Source of the DNA: a virus
Length of the DNA stretch: 64,000 nucleotides
Virus record (IMG/VR): IMGVR_UViG_3300027896_000023
Location: 1-64,000 of that record
Reading direction: 5' to 3' (one strand)
Below, one piece after another: positions 28,437 to 40,042 of the stretch. A model generated the notes under the pieces. The model was given only the letters and a program-made list of their open reading frames with translations. It made no database searches and had not been told where the DNA came from. The first letter of the stretch is position 1, and each line of letters opens with the position of its first letter. The position numbers and the translations under genes are program-made.

Positions 28437-30157
28437 ATGGGAACAATAGACATCTTAGCTTTAGCTTCGGGCTTGATCCCGATGACTGCCTTGCAAGCTT
28501 GTGACAAGATGCAAAGCAGCGGCAAATGCGAGAACAATTGCCGTACATGTGCCATTATAATACAGTTAAGTGGACAAACTCTGCTTGGCAAAGGACAGAA
28601 AACACTTGAACCATGATGACGGGTGCTTTAACTGCGACAACTGTAGTGCATCTACACCTACAGCTTGGATGAAGGTAGAGAACAACCATAAACTCTGCCC
28701 CAAATGCGCTCAACATCTAGGTTGCCACTGTACTACACGTAGATGTGTACCTTACGAAGCTTGGCTCAACAGTAGTTCCTTATGTGGAGCATGCACTAGC
28801 GTTTGCATCTGGATAAAACTACAGGTGAAGCAGTAATGCCAACATTAACATGTGCTCGCTGCAAAGCCACAGAAGAATATGATGAGCCGAAAACTCTACA
28901 GGATTTGCCTGATGGTTTATGGATGAATGGTAAATGGTACTGTAGCAGATGCGCTAACAGAGTAGCCATTCAACATCCTCCCCACTAAACTACAGGTGAA
29001 GAAGATGAAGAAGACCAAGCGGATCAGAGGACACCTCTACAATGATGGGACTCCAAGCGAAGTTGGACCCGATGGTGAACGTTACTATGGGTAAACTACA
29101 GGTACAGTTAGAAGGAAACTTTGAAGATATGAGTCGCATCTACGAATTCATGAAACTCCATACCAAATCTGCCTCGAAAGCAACGTGGCTAAGCAAACCA
29201 GATGACGCACTCGTCTCCGCCGTCTCCTTCTCCGTCACAATCTAAACTACAGGTGCAACCTCAATGGAGAATCCCTTCTGGTTCTACGATGGCGGCGTCG
29301 GCATGTGCAAATGGATATGGTTCTGGGTGGAGATGGCTGGTATCCCAACCAGAGATTGTCCCCGTGACTACTAACTACAGGTGTAGATGATGCCGAAGAT
29401 AGATTCGCTGCAAGTTTTCATGCAAAACAATGGACTGCTGAAGCCCAAGCCCCCTCAACCTCCACGTAAAAAACGTGAACCTACACCTGAACTTAGCTGG
29501 GAAGGCGGAAGCGAAGATGGAGACTCAGCGGAGTGGGAATGGGAAGACCTCATGACGAATCTTTCAGCTGTACTTAAGCAACTTCAGAAGCGCAACAACC
29601 ATGAAGGCTACTGGAAAGCCAGCGTCACAGGCTTCGGATGGAGAAAGCAGGATGGAACGAAGGACTTCAAAGCATATACAGCTGTAGAATTCCTCCGTAC
29701 AATCCTGCCAGATACCGATTGCCACTTCGACATCTACGTAGACAAAGTAAAACATCAGCTTCGCATCCACAACTTCCACCATGATGCACCAACAGGCGAA
29801 TGGCACACGGTCAAGCCCATGACGTACCGTGAAGCAGACAAGTTCTACTCCACTGACAACTAAAACAGGGGAGGGGTGAGTGAAAGTGAACAAACGAATT
29901 AAATGTCCAGCTTGCAAAGGCACAGGAAACGGCGCGTCTACAGATGTAGATTGCGATGAATGTAGAGGAAGCGGGTACATCTATATACCCGTGACCATAA
30001 CACCATCAAGGATGTGAGTAACATGGTAACAGAAACAAGAAGAATAACAAACCGCAGAAACCAAGCAGTCATCAGAAAGAAACGCAAACAACTTGGCTTA
30101 TGCCAACGATGCGGACAACCCCTACCAAAGAAACCTACAGGTGAAGCCACATCATAA
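28437..30157 (+). other. Array of micro-ORFs, several Cys/Zn-finger (including DnaJ-type CxxCxGxG at 29880-30017), separated by CTACAGGTG motifs
   Basis: Motif at 28420, 28819, 28990, 29247 and 29375 lies at successive gene junctions. Confidence 0.6.
29387..29863 (+). CDS. Hypothetical protein
   Basis: 158-aa ORF preceded by the motif RBS. Confidence 0.65.
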   Translation: MMPKIDSLQVFMQNNGLLKPKPPQPPRKKREPTPELSWEGGSEDGDSAEWEWEDLMTNLSAVLKQLQKRNNHEGYWKASVTGFGWRKQDGTKDFKAYTAVEFLRTILPDTDCHFDIYVDKVKHQLRIHNFHHDAPTGEWHTVKPMTYREADKFYSTDN

Positions 30158-30448
30158 CCTACGTTGACTCCTACAATCTACACATCGCCCAAGCGAATCA
30201 AACTTTACAGCATCAGAAGATTTGCCACAGTACAGGCAACGCTTCAACACTACTACAGGTGAAACCTGACTTGCTGTCGCCGCCACAGCAACTGCAGCAG
30301 CACGCCCCCGTCGAACAGGCGAAAGCTTCTTCTTTTCTACAGGTGCAGATGACTCGCCCAAAGAGTGCCCGCATTTTGTACAACAGTTCCTCGCTTTCCT
30401 TTCAGCGTACAAACGACGCATCAATTCAGCCTTAGTAAGCCTTACCAT
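30152..30448 (-). CDS. Basic Zn-finger protein, opposite strand to its neighbours
   Basis: CCTKCG, CLYC, CVDC; the start codon lies inside the first tandem repeat. Confidence 0.6.
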   Translation of the reverse strand: MVRLTKAELMRRLYAERKARNCCTKCGHSLGESSAPVEKKKLSPVRRGRAAAVAVAATASQVSPVVVLKRCLYCGKSSDAVKFDSLGRCVDCRSQRRL

Positions 30449-30519
30449 ACAGCATCAATTCAGCCTTAGTAAGCCTTACCATACAGCATCAATTCAGCCT
30501 TAGTAAGCCTTACCATACA
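30418..30519. repeat. Three exact 34-bp tandem repeats GCATCAATTCAGCCTTAGTAAGCCTTACCATACA
   Basis: Copies at 30418, 30452 and 30486; further GTAA..TTAC palindromes to ~30578. Confidence 0.95.
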
Positions 30520-31509
30520 ACAGAGTAAGCCTTACCACAAGATAAGAGTAACGTTACCGCCAATAGTAACAGTTACTACACCTATAGAAAGAACCAAACC
30601 CCCAACCAACCACCCACCCAAACATCAACGGCACTTTTTTGTATGTTGTTTTTGGTTGTGCGGATTGTTTGTTTGTTGTTTGTTGTTGGAGTGGGTTGTT
30701 GATGGGCACGGCTGGTATATGTTGGGGTTCTCTGGGCATATTGTTCTTGTTGTTACAGGTGTAGATGTCATAGCATCATTTGGCACTGCTGAATTTGCTG
30801 GTGTCTATCATTCAAGAAAAAATGTTGAAGCATCAATGCGTACTCCGTTTCAAGCGGCATCACCATGACAACATACATACTTTACGTTTGACAACACGTT
30901 TAAAAGACGGTTGCTCTTGTACAGTACAGGTGTAAGTGAGTGATATGCGGATGGATAGATGGGGTTGCAAGGGGAAGGAAGGAAAAGTTACAGGTGAAAT
31001 TGTATGGGTAAGTACGGTAGAAAACCTGAACAGGTAAAGCAAGACACGCATCCACGTCTCTGCCGAAAATGTGGAAAGCGAACCTACAGTTGGAGTTGTT
31101 GCGGTCAACAGACTGCACGAGTTAATGACAAAGCGTTTACCAAGAACAGGCTTAGCCAAAATCTCGGTGACAAAGCAGATTACAGGTGAAGAGGTGAAAA
31201 TGAAATGAGTGAACCAAAGATTTACTGGCGAGACATCGGGGAACATGGTGCAATAACACAGCGCGACGGATGCTACTACTGGGAGGCATGGCGAAGAAGC
31301 TACACCTGCACAACAATACCTGATGGGTGAAGCTAAAGTAAAGAATCGGTAACCACGTGTGCCATTTGGCAAACATGGATGCAAGCCATACTCCCGCCGA
31401 GTGTGGAAGAGTAACTCTCTTGTTCCGAAGGTTCGTCGGAAGACATTCACCGAACTGCAAAGCGGTCTGGTGACAAAGAGTTTACATGAAAAATACAGGT
31501 GAAGAATGA

Positions 31510-32373
31510 ATGCGAATAGCATTAGCAGGATTTGAAGCCGACGTTTCCACTGAGTTAGTGAAGTCGGCTAAGCTGATTGATGAACCATTGATTGTTGAAC
31601 TCATCAACGGCTACCAAGAAGTGTGTAAGTCATGCGTTTCTTGCGCTGGCTGCACGAAATATCCGTTCTGTTCCTCCATCGAGGTTAAGGAACGGAGTGT
31701 ACCCTTGTATCCTACAGGTGAAACTTTTGTGGATGACGAGGGCGAAACCAAACCCGTCATGCGACAGGGCGAACCCTACAAGCAAAGCATGAAAACCAAA
31801 GGCGTAGAAGATTGCAACGGCGTGTTTCGACAGGTGAAGAAAGGCGAGTACAAAGGATACGAAGTAGTAGCAGACCCATCTGACCCCACCAAGATACTGC
31901 TTGAAGAACGAGTCATGTTCGAGGAAGGCACAAAGATTCTTGACATCACTGAAGAAGACCTGTTCCCTGCAGGTGTAGAAACAAACTTCTTAATTGAGAA
32001 GCTCTACGAAATCTATCCGCACCATGACAAAAGCATCGAGAAGGATAACCGCAACAAACAGAAACTCTACGAGATACATCAGCTACTCTCCGAGAAAAAG
32101 AAAGTAGCAATCAAGAATGGATTCGTGTGGCGTGGAGGCACGTATCAAGCGTGGGCTGCAATCATTGAAGCTATGACTTTTGAAGATGGCAAATGGTTAC
32201 TCACGTTGAAGACCACCCAAGCACAGCTTAGTTGGATTCATCCACAGGAAGTACCCGTTGTGTTGACTGAACTACAGGTGAAGAAAGCGCCAACCGTGAA
32301 CAACCTGACGGCGATTACAAGTTTCCTCAGCAAAGTAAAGGCTGAACAGAAGCCGCAACTGCAGGTGAAGTAA
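31510..32373 (+). CDS. Divergent Ku-like DNA end-binding protein
   Basis: Order of YQEVC..C, KGYE, ILDI, IEKLYEIYP, LY..L...KKVAI...VWRG, LLTL parallels prokaryotic Ku. Confidence 0.5.
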   Translation: MRIALAGFEADVSTELVKSAKLIDEPLIVELINGYQEVCKSCVSCAGCTKYPFCSSIEVKERSVPLYPTGETFVDDEGETKPVMRQGEPYKQSMKTKGVEDCNGVFRQVKKGEYKGYEVVADPSDPTKILLEERVMFEEGTKILDITEEDLFPAGVETNFLIEKLYEIYPHHDKSIEKDNRNKQKLYEIHQLLSEKKKVAIKNGFVWRGGTYQAWAAIIEAMTFEDGKWLLTLKTTQAQLSWIHPQEVPVVLTELQVKKAPTVNNLTAITSFLSKVKAEQKPQLQVK

Positions 32374-32597
32374 GTTGGCTGACGACTTTCAGTTGATTGA
32401 ACTGCGCAACCAACGACATGGATGAGGAAGAGTATGACCCCGAAGGAAAGAAAGTTAACTAGAGAATTCGATGCCATCCTCAGAAATACAGCTGAAGATT
32501 TAGAGACAGGCGCAGAATCCATCAAGAATCTTCGGGATGCACATGGCAAATACTCTGTGGATATACAGGAATCAAAACTTATGGAACGTGTTCAAAC

Positions 32598-35500
32598 ATG
32601 ATGTATGAATCAGATGACTTCAAAGTTACACGCAACAAAGCTACACCTGAAAACCCCTTCAGCTTTACAACCAAAAGCAAATGCAAGAAGGGTTGGGTTT
32701 CAGCTAACTTCTTTTGGAAACCAAGCAACGTGACCATGCGAATCATCGGCGACAAGATACCATGCATGGAGATAGCGTATCCATTCGTGAACCACAACGG
32801 CGGCGGAGTGCTGGCGGACATGGCACCGCAGGAACTCCTACGTACGCTGGTTAATCGACTGAACATACAGGTGAAGAATCAATGAGTGAACAAGACGAAT
32901 GTGAAGATTGCAACGGCACAGGCTACGAGAAACATGGTAGCGCAGATGAGAAGAAATGTACCACGTGTAAAGGCACAGGCAAAGTACCCCACACCTACAC
33001 TGAAGAAGAGATAAACAAAATCATAAACTTCCATGGCGCCAACGGAAAACTCATCGACATCTTCTCCTTGCATGGCGTACTCTTTGTTGGCAATACTACA
33101 CCTATAGTTACCTTAGAGAATGGACAAATCAAACACTGCAATGGATGGGACTTGAGTCACGAGGGACAGTACACACGGTTCAGCACAGGCAACCTTGCAG
33201 TTTCCATAGATGACTTTTGGGATTGCCATACACCTGAAGAAGTACATGATACGTTCGGCGAACTGCTGGAAGAACGAGTCAAGGAGAATCTAGTATGAGT
33301 TGCCCTAATTGTGGAACTAAAGTAGTAGACGTCTTCGTCACCAGCAACTACACGTTAACCAAAGATGGTGATGATTGGGTGCGAACAGACATCGAGAACC
33401 CAGTTGACGATTCAACCTACAGGTGTACCAAATGCCGTAAGGTGTTACCACCTGAACTGCTGGAAGAATTAGGAGTGACCTAAGATGAAAGAGTACACCG
33501 TGTACCTGAAAGAAATCATGGATGAAACCAGCGTGGATGCAGATGACGAGGCACAAGCGAAACGTACAGCTGCAGATTTGTTTCTGGATTTTCACCCTGA
33601 CCTGACCAGAGAATTTGTTGAGGCGCACATGGAGATAATCGAGACACGAGAACTGACAGCAGAGGAGGAGAAGGAAATTGGGTGACCATAGAACAAACGG
33701 TGAGAAACTTTACGATGAGTTCGACGGCTTGATTGACAGCGCCGAAGCGTATGGATTCCATGTGATTGCAGAAAAGCTACGCAAGATTCGAGACCACACA
33801 CCGAAGTATCCTACAGCTGTAGATGAAGGCATCAGTATGTTGAGGAAAGGAAAGAAGCCTCCTGCATGGATAGAGAAGCTGGATGATGATGCATTGAAGG
33901 AGACACTTCAAGATTGTAAAGAAGCATTGAAGTCACAGAAGTGTGGGTGGGATACGCATACTGTTGAGGAACTGCAGCAGCTTGAGGCAGAAACTACAAG
34001 GCGCAAAGGCTTACGGTTCTTAGACCCAGCAGCCTACGACCAAGAACAGCTAAAGAAATACTTCGTGCAACCTACAGCTGCAGAGAATCCGAAGTGCCCC
34101 AACTGCAAGAACATCATGGTGATAGATACCACAGGTAAGTCACACTGCGAATACTGTGAGAAGGAGGCGAAGCAAGATGGCAGAACCTAAACAAAAATTT
34201 GTCATAAGAGTTCACTTCACCAACAACGATACCTACGCAGACTGGAGTACAATCTACATCAAAGGCAAGATACCTGACAAAGCATGGCTGAAGAGTTTGT
34301 ACGATGGAGTGAATGAACCCAAAGACATGACGGTGCTGGGAACTATTCTTCCGCGACACCCGAAGATTCCAGTTGTTAGTCTTGACAACATTGCAGGAAC
34401 ATACGACGACCCGTATGATGCAGCGAATTGTATACAAGACCTGTCTTCAGCTGAAGATAGAAAGCTAGGACAGTACACGAATGGACAAGGAGTCATTGTA
34501 GTTTACTACAAAGATTGAGGAATGAAAGTTGAGTAAGAAAAAGCAAGGACAAGTCATCGCCAATGGCGTACCTGTGTATGGCTTCGACGAATACAACGAG
34601 GCGGGTGCACGTATGGTAGCTGGCGGCGAGTTGAAAAAGATACTCCGTTTGAAGCGGAGTCTTGGAGAAATCCGAGTACAGTATCCATCGGGGCGAGAAG
34701 TCCTGATAAAAATATCAGAGGTAAACGAGTAATGAAAGTGTTTAGTTTTGACAAGGAAACATTGTTGGAAGAATTGAAGACTAACCCGAAGTGGAGTAAG
34801 TACCTCAGCATCTACAACAAAGAAGATGGAGACGGAGACCTGTCACAAAAGTTCAATGAAGACTGTACGGGCTGCTGCAACCCAAGCACATTGATGTTTG
34901 TGTTGGCTGACACAGAAGAGGAAGCAAAAGAAATGACCTTCAAAAACGAAGCTGGAATGTGCGGCGACTGCATGGCAACTGAACTGGCTAACACTGAAGG
35001 CGGGACCTACGAACTTCATTACCATAAAGATACAACTGCACCTGCAGGAAAAATCTACAAAGTCCCAGCGTGCGAATCCTGTGGGGAACCTTTAGAGAAA
35101 GTTCAGTTCAACGACTACACCACGTACACATTCAACGCGAAGATAGGACAGTATGAGAACACAGGCGGCGATGCTGAAAGCAAATGCAACGAGTGTGAAG
35201 CAAAACTGGGAGATGAAGTGGGCGACTTCGTTGGCGACTACCAAGCTACCAAGCTAATTAAAGAAAAGAAACCTACAGGTGAAACCAAATGAACAACAGC
35301 ATTGTCACATCAATCATGGCAGAGATAACTCCTGATGACATCGACCCAACAACTGAAGCTATAATCTTCCTTATCGATAATCGCTACAAAGAACTAGGCA
35401 TCGAAACAAAATACGGCAAAACCATCACACTTGACACAACACCTAAACCTGAACGGCATGGCTACAGCAGTTACTTTGAACCTCTTAACAAACAAGTTGC

Positions 35501-36793
35501 AACCTTAGACATCCGTAAGAAAGGAGCTATCAATGGCAAAGCTGAACTGCAATTCACAGCCCGCCCTGAAACCATTGGAGACGAAGACAATGAAGAGGAA
35601 GTATTCATTGTCACTGTGGAAGAACGAGGGATGCTAGATGCAACTGGAAACTACAAGCAGTTCAAGACGCCACGTGGAACCTACACAATCAAGGGTACAG
35701 AGAAAGCTGAGTTCAAAATTATCAACGAGGTGCTACCATGACCGAACTACAGGTGAAGAAACAGAACCTCCGCCAACAGTTTGAACATTTCCTACTGACC
35801 GACTATCCTTCTGATGCAGGAGAAACATTGAAGGAAGCCCAGAAGTACGCTAAAGAAATGTACTTCAGTGACCCAGACGGCAGCATACCTGACCAATACA
35901 TAGGCGAAGATATACTGAATGACATCAACAGCAAATTCTACCGTGTGCTTTCATTCATCCGCAGCCTATTCGAAGCGAAGCATCCAGAAGCTAAAGACGT
36001 CTTTATCAACGTAGACCCAAGCTACGAAGACCACACCTGCTATGTGGTACATCAATACAGCAGCCACAAAGTTCTACTCAGTGGCAACGACAAAGCATGG
36101 AACTTCTGGTGGCGTAACGTGTATGAATTCAAACGGTTCGTAACGTCTACGCTTGAGGCGATGGAAGAAATCTACAAGCCCCAAACATTGCACGTAGTCA
36201 TCAACAACTACGGCGGAGTTCTGAATGACATTGACCCATTCGTTGATGAAGCAGATGCATTGAAACAGTTTGAAGTGTACGCTGAAATTCCCTATGCTAC
36301 ATACGCCAAACGCAAAGCAGCTTACGACAAAGGCAAACGCGGCAACCTCTGGGATGATGAAGACACAGATGTACAGGTGTGGGAAATCAAAGTGATACCC
36401 AAAGGAGGCAAGCCTGAGTAATGCCGTACCTTGTGAAAGCTAAGATAACAGGAGAGAGACAAAAGGTGAAGCGTCTTCTGGAAGAAGTAGACTTGCTTGC
36501 CCAACAACTACACGTGAAGGTTGAGTACGATGCCGTTGAATGATAACCTGCAAGAGTGGTACAACGAACACATGAAGACACTCGTTGACCAAGCATCTAA
36601 AGAACAGCCCCTTCCCAAAGGAAGCAACATGTTAGAGATGGTGAACCGCCTGATAGCACGAAACAAAATCCATGCCAAGACACTGATACTCAAAGACCTA
36701 CAGGTGCAGTTCAACCTGACACCTTACCCTGAAGAAGTGAAACTTGTCTGTCCCATTTGTGACAGAGAAATATCGGAGGAACATCCAGTATGA
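32598..36793 (+). other. Run of about 12 small, mostly acidic or Cys-rich hypothetical ORFs
   Basis: Coupled ORFs starting at 32598, 32882, 33295, 33485, 33678, ~34177, 34529, 34732, 35289, 35738, 36521. Confidence 0.65.
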
Positions 36794-37070
36794 AAGTTGA
36801 GATGAAAGAACAGAAACATTTGTGGATAGTCTTTGGAGACCAAGCTACCCGCAACCAAGCAGAGGTCATCATAGACCTTGAACACAACGATGTACGCATT
36901 TGCGATTATCGTAGCCAAGTAGTCAAGGTGCGGCTGAAACCAGACCTACAGGTGAAGGACATCTTAGTCAACGACGTATTCCAAGCAGTCGAACAGCCAT
37001 CAACGCTTTTATTGCATTGCGTGGTGGCGGATTGTCGCCGCCGAGTAACAAGAAGTATTCGCAGCCATAA
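36790..37070 (+). pseudogene. Possibly frameshifted hypothetical gene
   Basis: After FQAVE a shifted frame reads TAINAFIALRGGGLSPPSNKKYSQP-stop; the annotated frame instead runs through the foreign 56-bp copy. Confidence 0.35.
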
Positions 37071-37079
37071 AAATGGGTA

Positions 37080-37135
37080 CACCCAGGAGAATTTTACCAA
37101 GAGTTATGTTGCTATGTTCGAGGTTTACATTGGCG
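37080..37135 (+). repeat. Exact copy of 7400-7455, antisense to the prohead protease mRNA
   Basis: 56/56 identity, 60/61 with extension. Confidence 0.95.
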
Positions 37136-37144
37136 GATTTCGAT

Positions 37145-37450
37145 ATGAAAAGAAAACCGAAAAGACCTAGATGCTTTCAGAAAGCGCACAGTGGAACAGA
37201 AGAGTTTGAGAAATGCCAACTGTGTCTTTGGCAAGATTGCTGTGAAGCACATTACCAACTCACTTAGGCTCTCTTAAGTTGGTTTACGATTAAAGATGCA
37301 TCAGTTGTTATCCGCTTCCGCATCGACGGCAAAGTGCACCAAGAAATTGTGGACTATCCAATGATCGAAGTCTCTGCAGACATATCCGCATTGAAGACGT
37401 ACCTGCACAAAGCAGTAGCAGACTTCAACAGCAGGGGGAACAAGCAATGA
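37145..37450 (+). pseudogene. 101-codon gene interrupted by an in-frame TAG at 37265-37267
   Basis: ...HYQLT*ALLSWFTIKDASVVIRF...NKQ stop; the final stop overlaps the next ATG (ATGA). Confidence 0.55.
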
Positions 37451-38058
37451 CTGAAGCTACAGCTGCAGTTAAACCAAGCCGCTGCGACAACTGCACCGTT
37501 GATCCAGAAGTCAGACGCAACACCCATTGTTGTGAACAGTGCACTCCAGAGAATCCGCAAAGCCAAACAGAAAACAGCAGAGTCTTCCTCGTCGGCAGCC
37601 ATTCAACAACAATACCAAACCTATCTTCATACCGCGTAACCAAGTATCCGAACGGAACCTACAGGTGCACCTGCAGAAACTTCATCTTCAACCGTGACAA
37701 ACCAGACCAACCTGAAGACAAACACATCGCAGACGCCAAAGCCAAATCAGATAACGTATCTGAAATCACCAACCTCGACATGAAAGCTGTACTGATTCAT
37801 CTAGAGAACGTAGCCTCCATCATTGAGAAACATGCTGACTTACCAGACCAGCCGACAGTATGGTTTGGCCACGTGCGTGATACCCTGCGTGCCCACGAGT
37901 ACAAACTTACAGGTGCAGATCAAGCGTACCTGATGACGGAGATCACCGGCGCCGAAACTTTCTGGATGCGATTCGATCAGAAGCGCAGGCAAATAGACCA
38001 TCCTGAAGTGAAAGCTTCAGGTGAAGAAAAGAAGAAGACAGGAGTGTATTTCTTATGA
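37447..38058 (+). CDS. SWIM Zn-finger protein
   Basis: YRVT....YRCTCRNF...DKHI. Confidence 0.7.
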   Translation: MTEATAAVKPSRCDNCTVDPEVRRNTHCCEQCTPENPQSQTENSRVFLVGSHSTTIPNLSSYRVTKYPNGTYRCTCRNFIFNRDKPDQPEDKHIADAKAKSDNVSEITNLDMKAVLIHLENVASIIEKHADLPDQPTVWFGHVRDTLRAHEYKLTGADQAYLMTEITGAETFWMRFDQKRRQIDHPEVKASGEEKKKTGVYFL

Positions 38059-38191
38059 CCGAGAGAACAGCACACACCCAGTTACCTGGAGACAACCTTC
38101 TTCCAAAGAAGAAAGTAAAGTGCCCCTTCTGTCCCAAAGAGTTTGACACCGTTATAGAAATGATAAAGCATGATGATGAGGCGCATGAGTA

Positions 38192-39193
38192 ATGCCTAAA
38201 GAAAGATGTATGTTAGGATATGACAGCGACTTATCTGCACTCCACATGGAGAACATCCATGAGTATCTCGTGCAGGTAAAGTGGGATGGCAACCGTGCCG
38301 TAACAGAATTCAACAGAGGCACAGTGCACATCGTTGGCAGAAGCGGAGAAGATTGGACAGACCGCCTGCCTGAAATGGTAGAGGCCCTTCAGCAATTAGC
38401 CAAAGCTACAGCTGCAACTTACTTCAAAATTGACGGAGAGATTGTAGTGTTCAAGGATGGACACAGCCACCTGCCAAGCGCCAACGCACGAGTCCACACT
38501 AAAGATAGGCAACGCATCAAGCTGATCCTGCGACGCACCCTCCCCGTAACCTACATGATATTCGACGTACTCAACTGGAACGGCAACGATTTTACAGGTG
38601 CATCTTTAACAAGACGCGACGAAATCCTGGAGAACATCTTCCAAATTCCACACATGTTACCAGACGGAACCCGCCTAGACGGTCGCAGCCTACAGCTGCA
38701 GATTCCCGGCTTACAGAAAGTTCCAACGTACAGCAACCCTGACGAATGCTGGGAAGAGTGGGTAATGAAACGTAAAGAAGAAGGAGTTATGCTGAAGAAA
38801 AAGGACAGCATCTACATGTTCGACCGCAGCAGAGATTGGTTGAAAATCAAAGCACGAGACAAAGGAACATTCAAAGTAGTAGGATACACTGCTGGCAATG
38901 GCAACCGAGAAGAACTCTATGGTGCACTGGTGATTGCTAATCCAACTACAGGTGCGTACTGTGGACGGTGTGGTGGCGGCTTTTCACAGGAGATGGCTGA
39001 AGACATAATTACAGTTCTAAAGCATGAACCGCAAACGGGGTTACCTTTTACGGAGAGTGAAGTGGGTAGACCATACACTGCAGTTGATACACATATGTTG
39101 GTTGAGGTTGCTTTTCAAGCTACGGACAATTATAGTACAACTGGAAAGCTTCGAAGCCCACAATTAATACGCTGGTGGATACCTGAATCCTAA
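38192..39193 (+). CDS. lig: ATP-dependent DNA ligase (minimal NTase + OB)
   Basis: KWDG, IDGEIV, YMIFDVL, EGVMLK, WLKIK, LRSP. Confidence 0.92.
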   Translation: MPKERCMLGYDSDLSALHMENIHEYLVQVKWDGNRAVTEFNRGTVHIVGRSGEDWTDRLPEMVEALQQLAKATAATYFKIDGEIVVFKDGHSHLPSANARVHTKDRQRIKLILRRTLPVTYMIFDVLNWNGNDFTGASLTRRDEILENIFQIPHMLPDGTRLDGRSLQLQIPGLQKVPTYSNPDECWEEWVMKRKEEGVMLKKKDSIYMFDRSRDWLKIKARDKGTFKVVGYTAGNGNREELYGALVIANPTTGAYCGRCGGGFSQEMAEDIITVLKHEPQTGLPFTESEVGRPYTAVDTHMLVEVAFQATDNYSTTGKLRSPQLIRWWIPES

Positions 39194-40035
39194 AACCAAA
39201 TACTTCACAAACCTTATTAATGGATTCAACCATTAGGAAAACGATGTGAAATAACAATGTCAACTCATAAGTATAGCAAAAGGCGAACAGAAAATAAACG
39301 AAAGCAAGATACAGAAAAAGCAATTTCGTTATTCGATGATGGCTTTACTCTTAGAGAGATAGCGAAGAAACTTGGGTTAACATTCAATCAGTTGTATGAA
39401 GACTTATCCCAGAATTACCCAGACAAAACAATGTGGCAAATACTTAGACGCAATTCCTACACCTGCAGAATACACACAGAACTTAGAGTGACAAAAGAAA
39501 AAGTGTTGCGTGCAAGAAAGCTTCTGGAAAAATATCCTGTACAAACTGTTGCTAACATTATTGGCATTCCGCATGGCAGATTGAAACACCTTCCAGAAGG
39601 AAAACGTAGTATGGAACTTGGATACAACTGCAACCTGTTACTGTTTGCATTGGCAGGTGAACATCTTCTTGGACGATACCTATACGAAATAAAACCGCAA
39701 CAATGGCACATTAGAGAGAACTTACCTAACTCAAATCTTGCACCCGACTTCTGGACTGAAGAAGAATTCTGGGATTCAAAAGCTAGATGTTACGGAACAA
39801 GCGCACACAAACGTATAGTCAAAACGGAACTAGCAAAGTATTCGAAGCTATTCAAGAAAGGCTACGTTGTCTACTGGTTTGGCGTACCTGATAATGTAAA
39901 ATCAAGTTTGTCCAACATAGAACTAATAGATGGACGAAAACTGAAACCGACAAGCGTTACGTTACAAAAAGACATACAAGATTTTCTAAATGGTAACATA
40001 ACCAAAATCATAACACAGATGTTCACAGGTGAAAT
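38945..40035 (+). mobile_element. Putative homing-type cassette: replacement ligase C-terminus + nuclease
   Basis: ACAGGTG at both ends; followed by a second ligase C-terminus. Confidence 0.55.
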
Positions 40036-40042
40036 GGTATGA
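39257..40042 (+). CDS. HTH + PD-(D/E)xK nuclease (TPD/CDIN1-like)
   Basis: FTLREIAKKLG HTH; GEHLL, APDF, WDSKA, VVYWFG. Confidence 0.7.
   Translation: MSTHKYSKRRTENKRKQDTEKAISLFDDGFTLREIAKKLGLTFNQLYEDLSQNYPDKTMWQILRRNSYTCRIHTELRVTKEKVLRARKLLEKYPVQTVANIIGIPHGRLKHLPEGKRSMELGYNCNLLLFALAGEHLLGRYLYEIKPQQWHIRENLPNSNLAPDFWTEEEFWDSKARCYGTSAHKRIVKTELAKYSKLFKKGYVVYWFGVPDNVKSSLSNIELIDGRKLKPTSVTLQKDIQDFLNGNITKIITQMFTGEMV

Noticed and set aside
30418-30519. CRISPR array
   Set aside because: The 34-bp units are head-to-tail with no spacers, and no cas genes are seen
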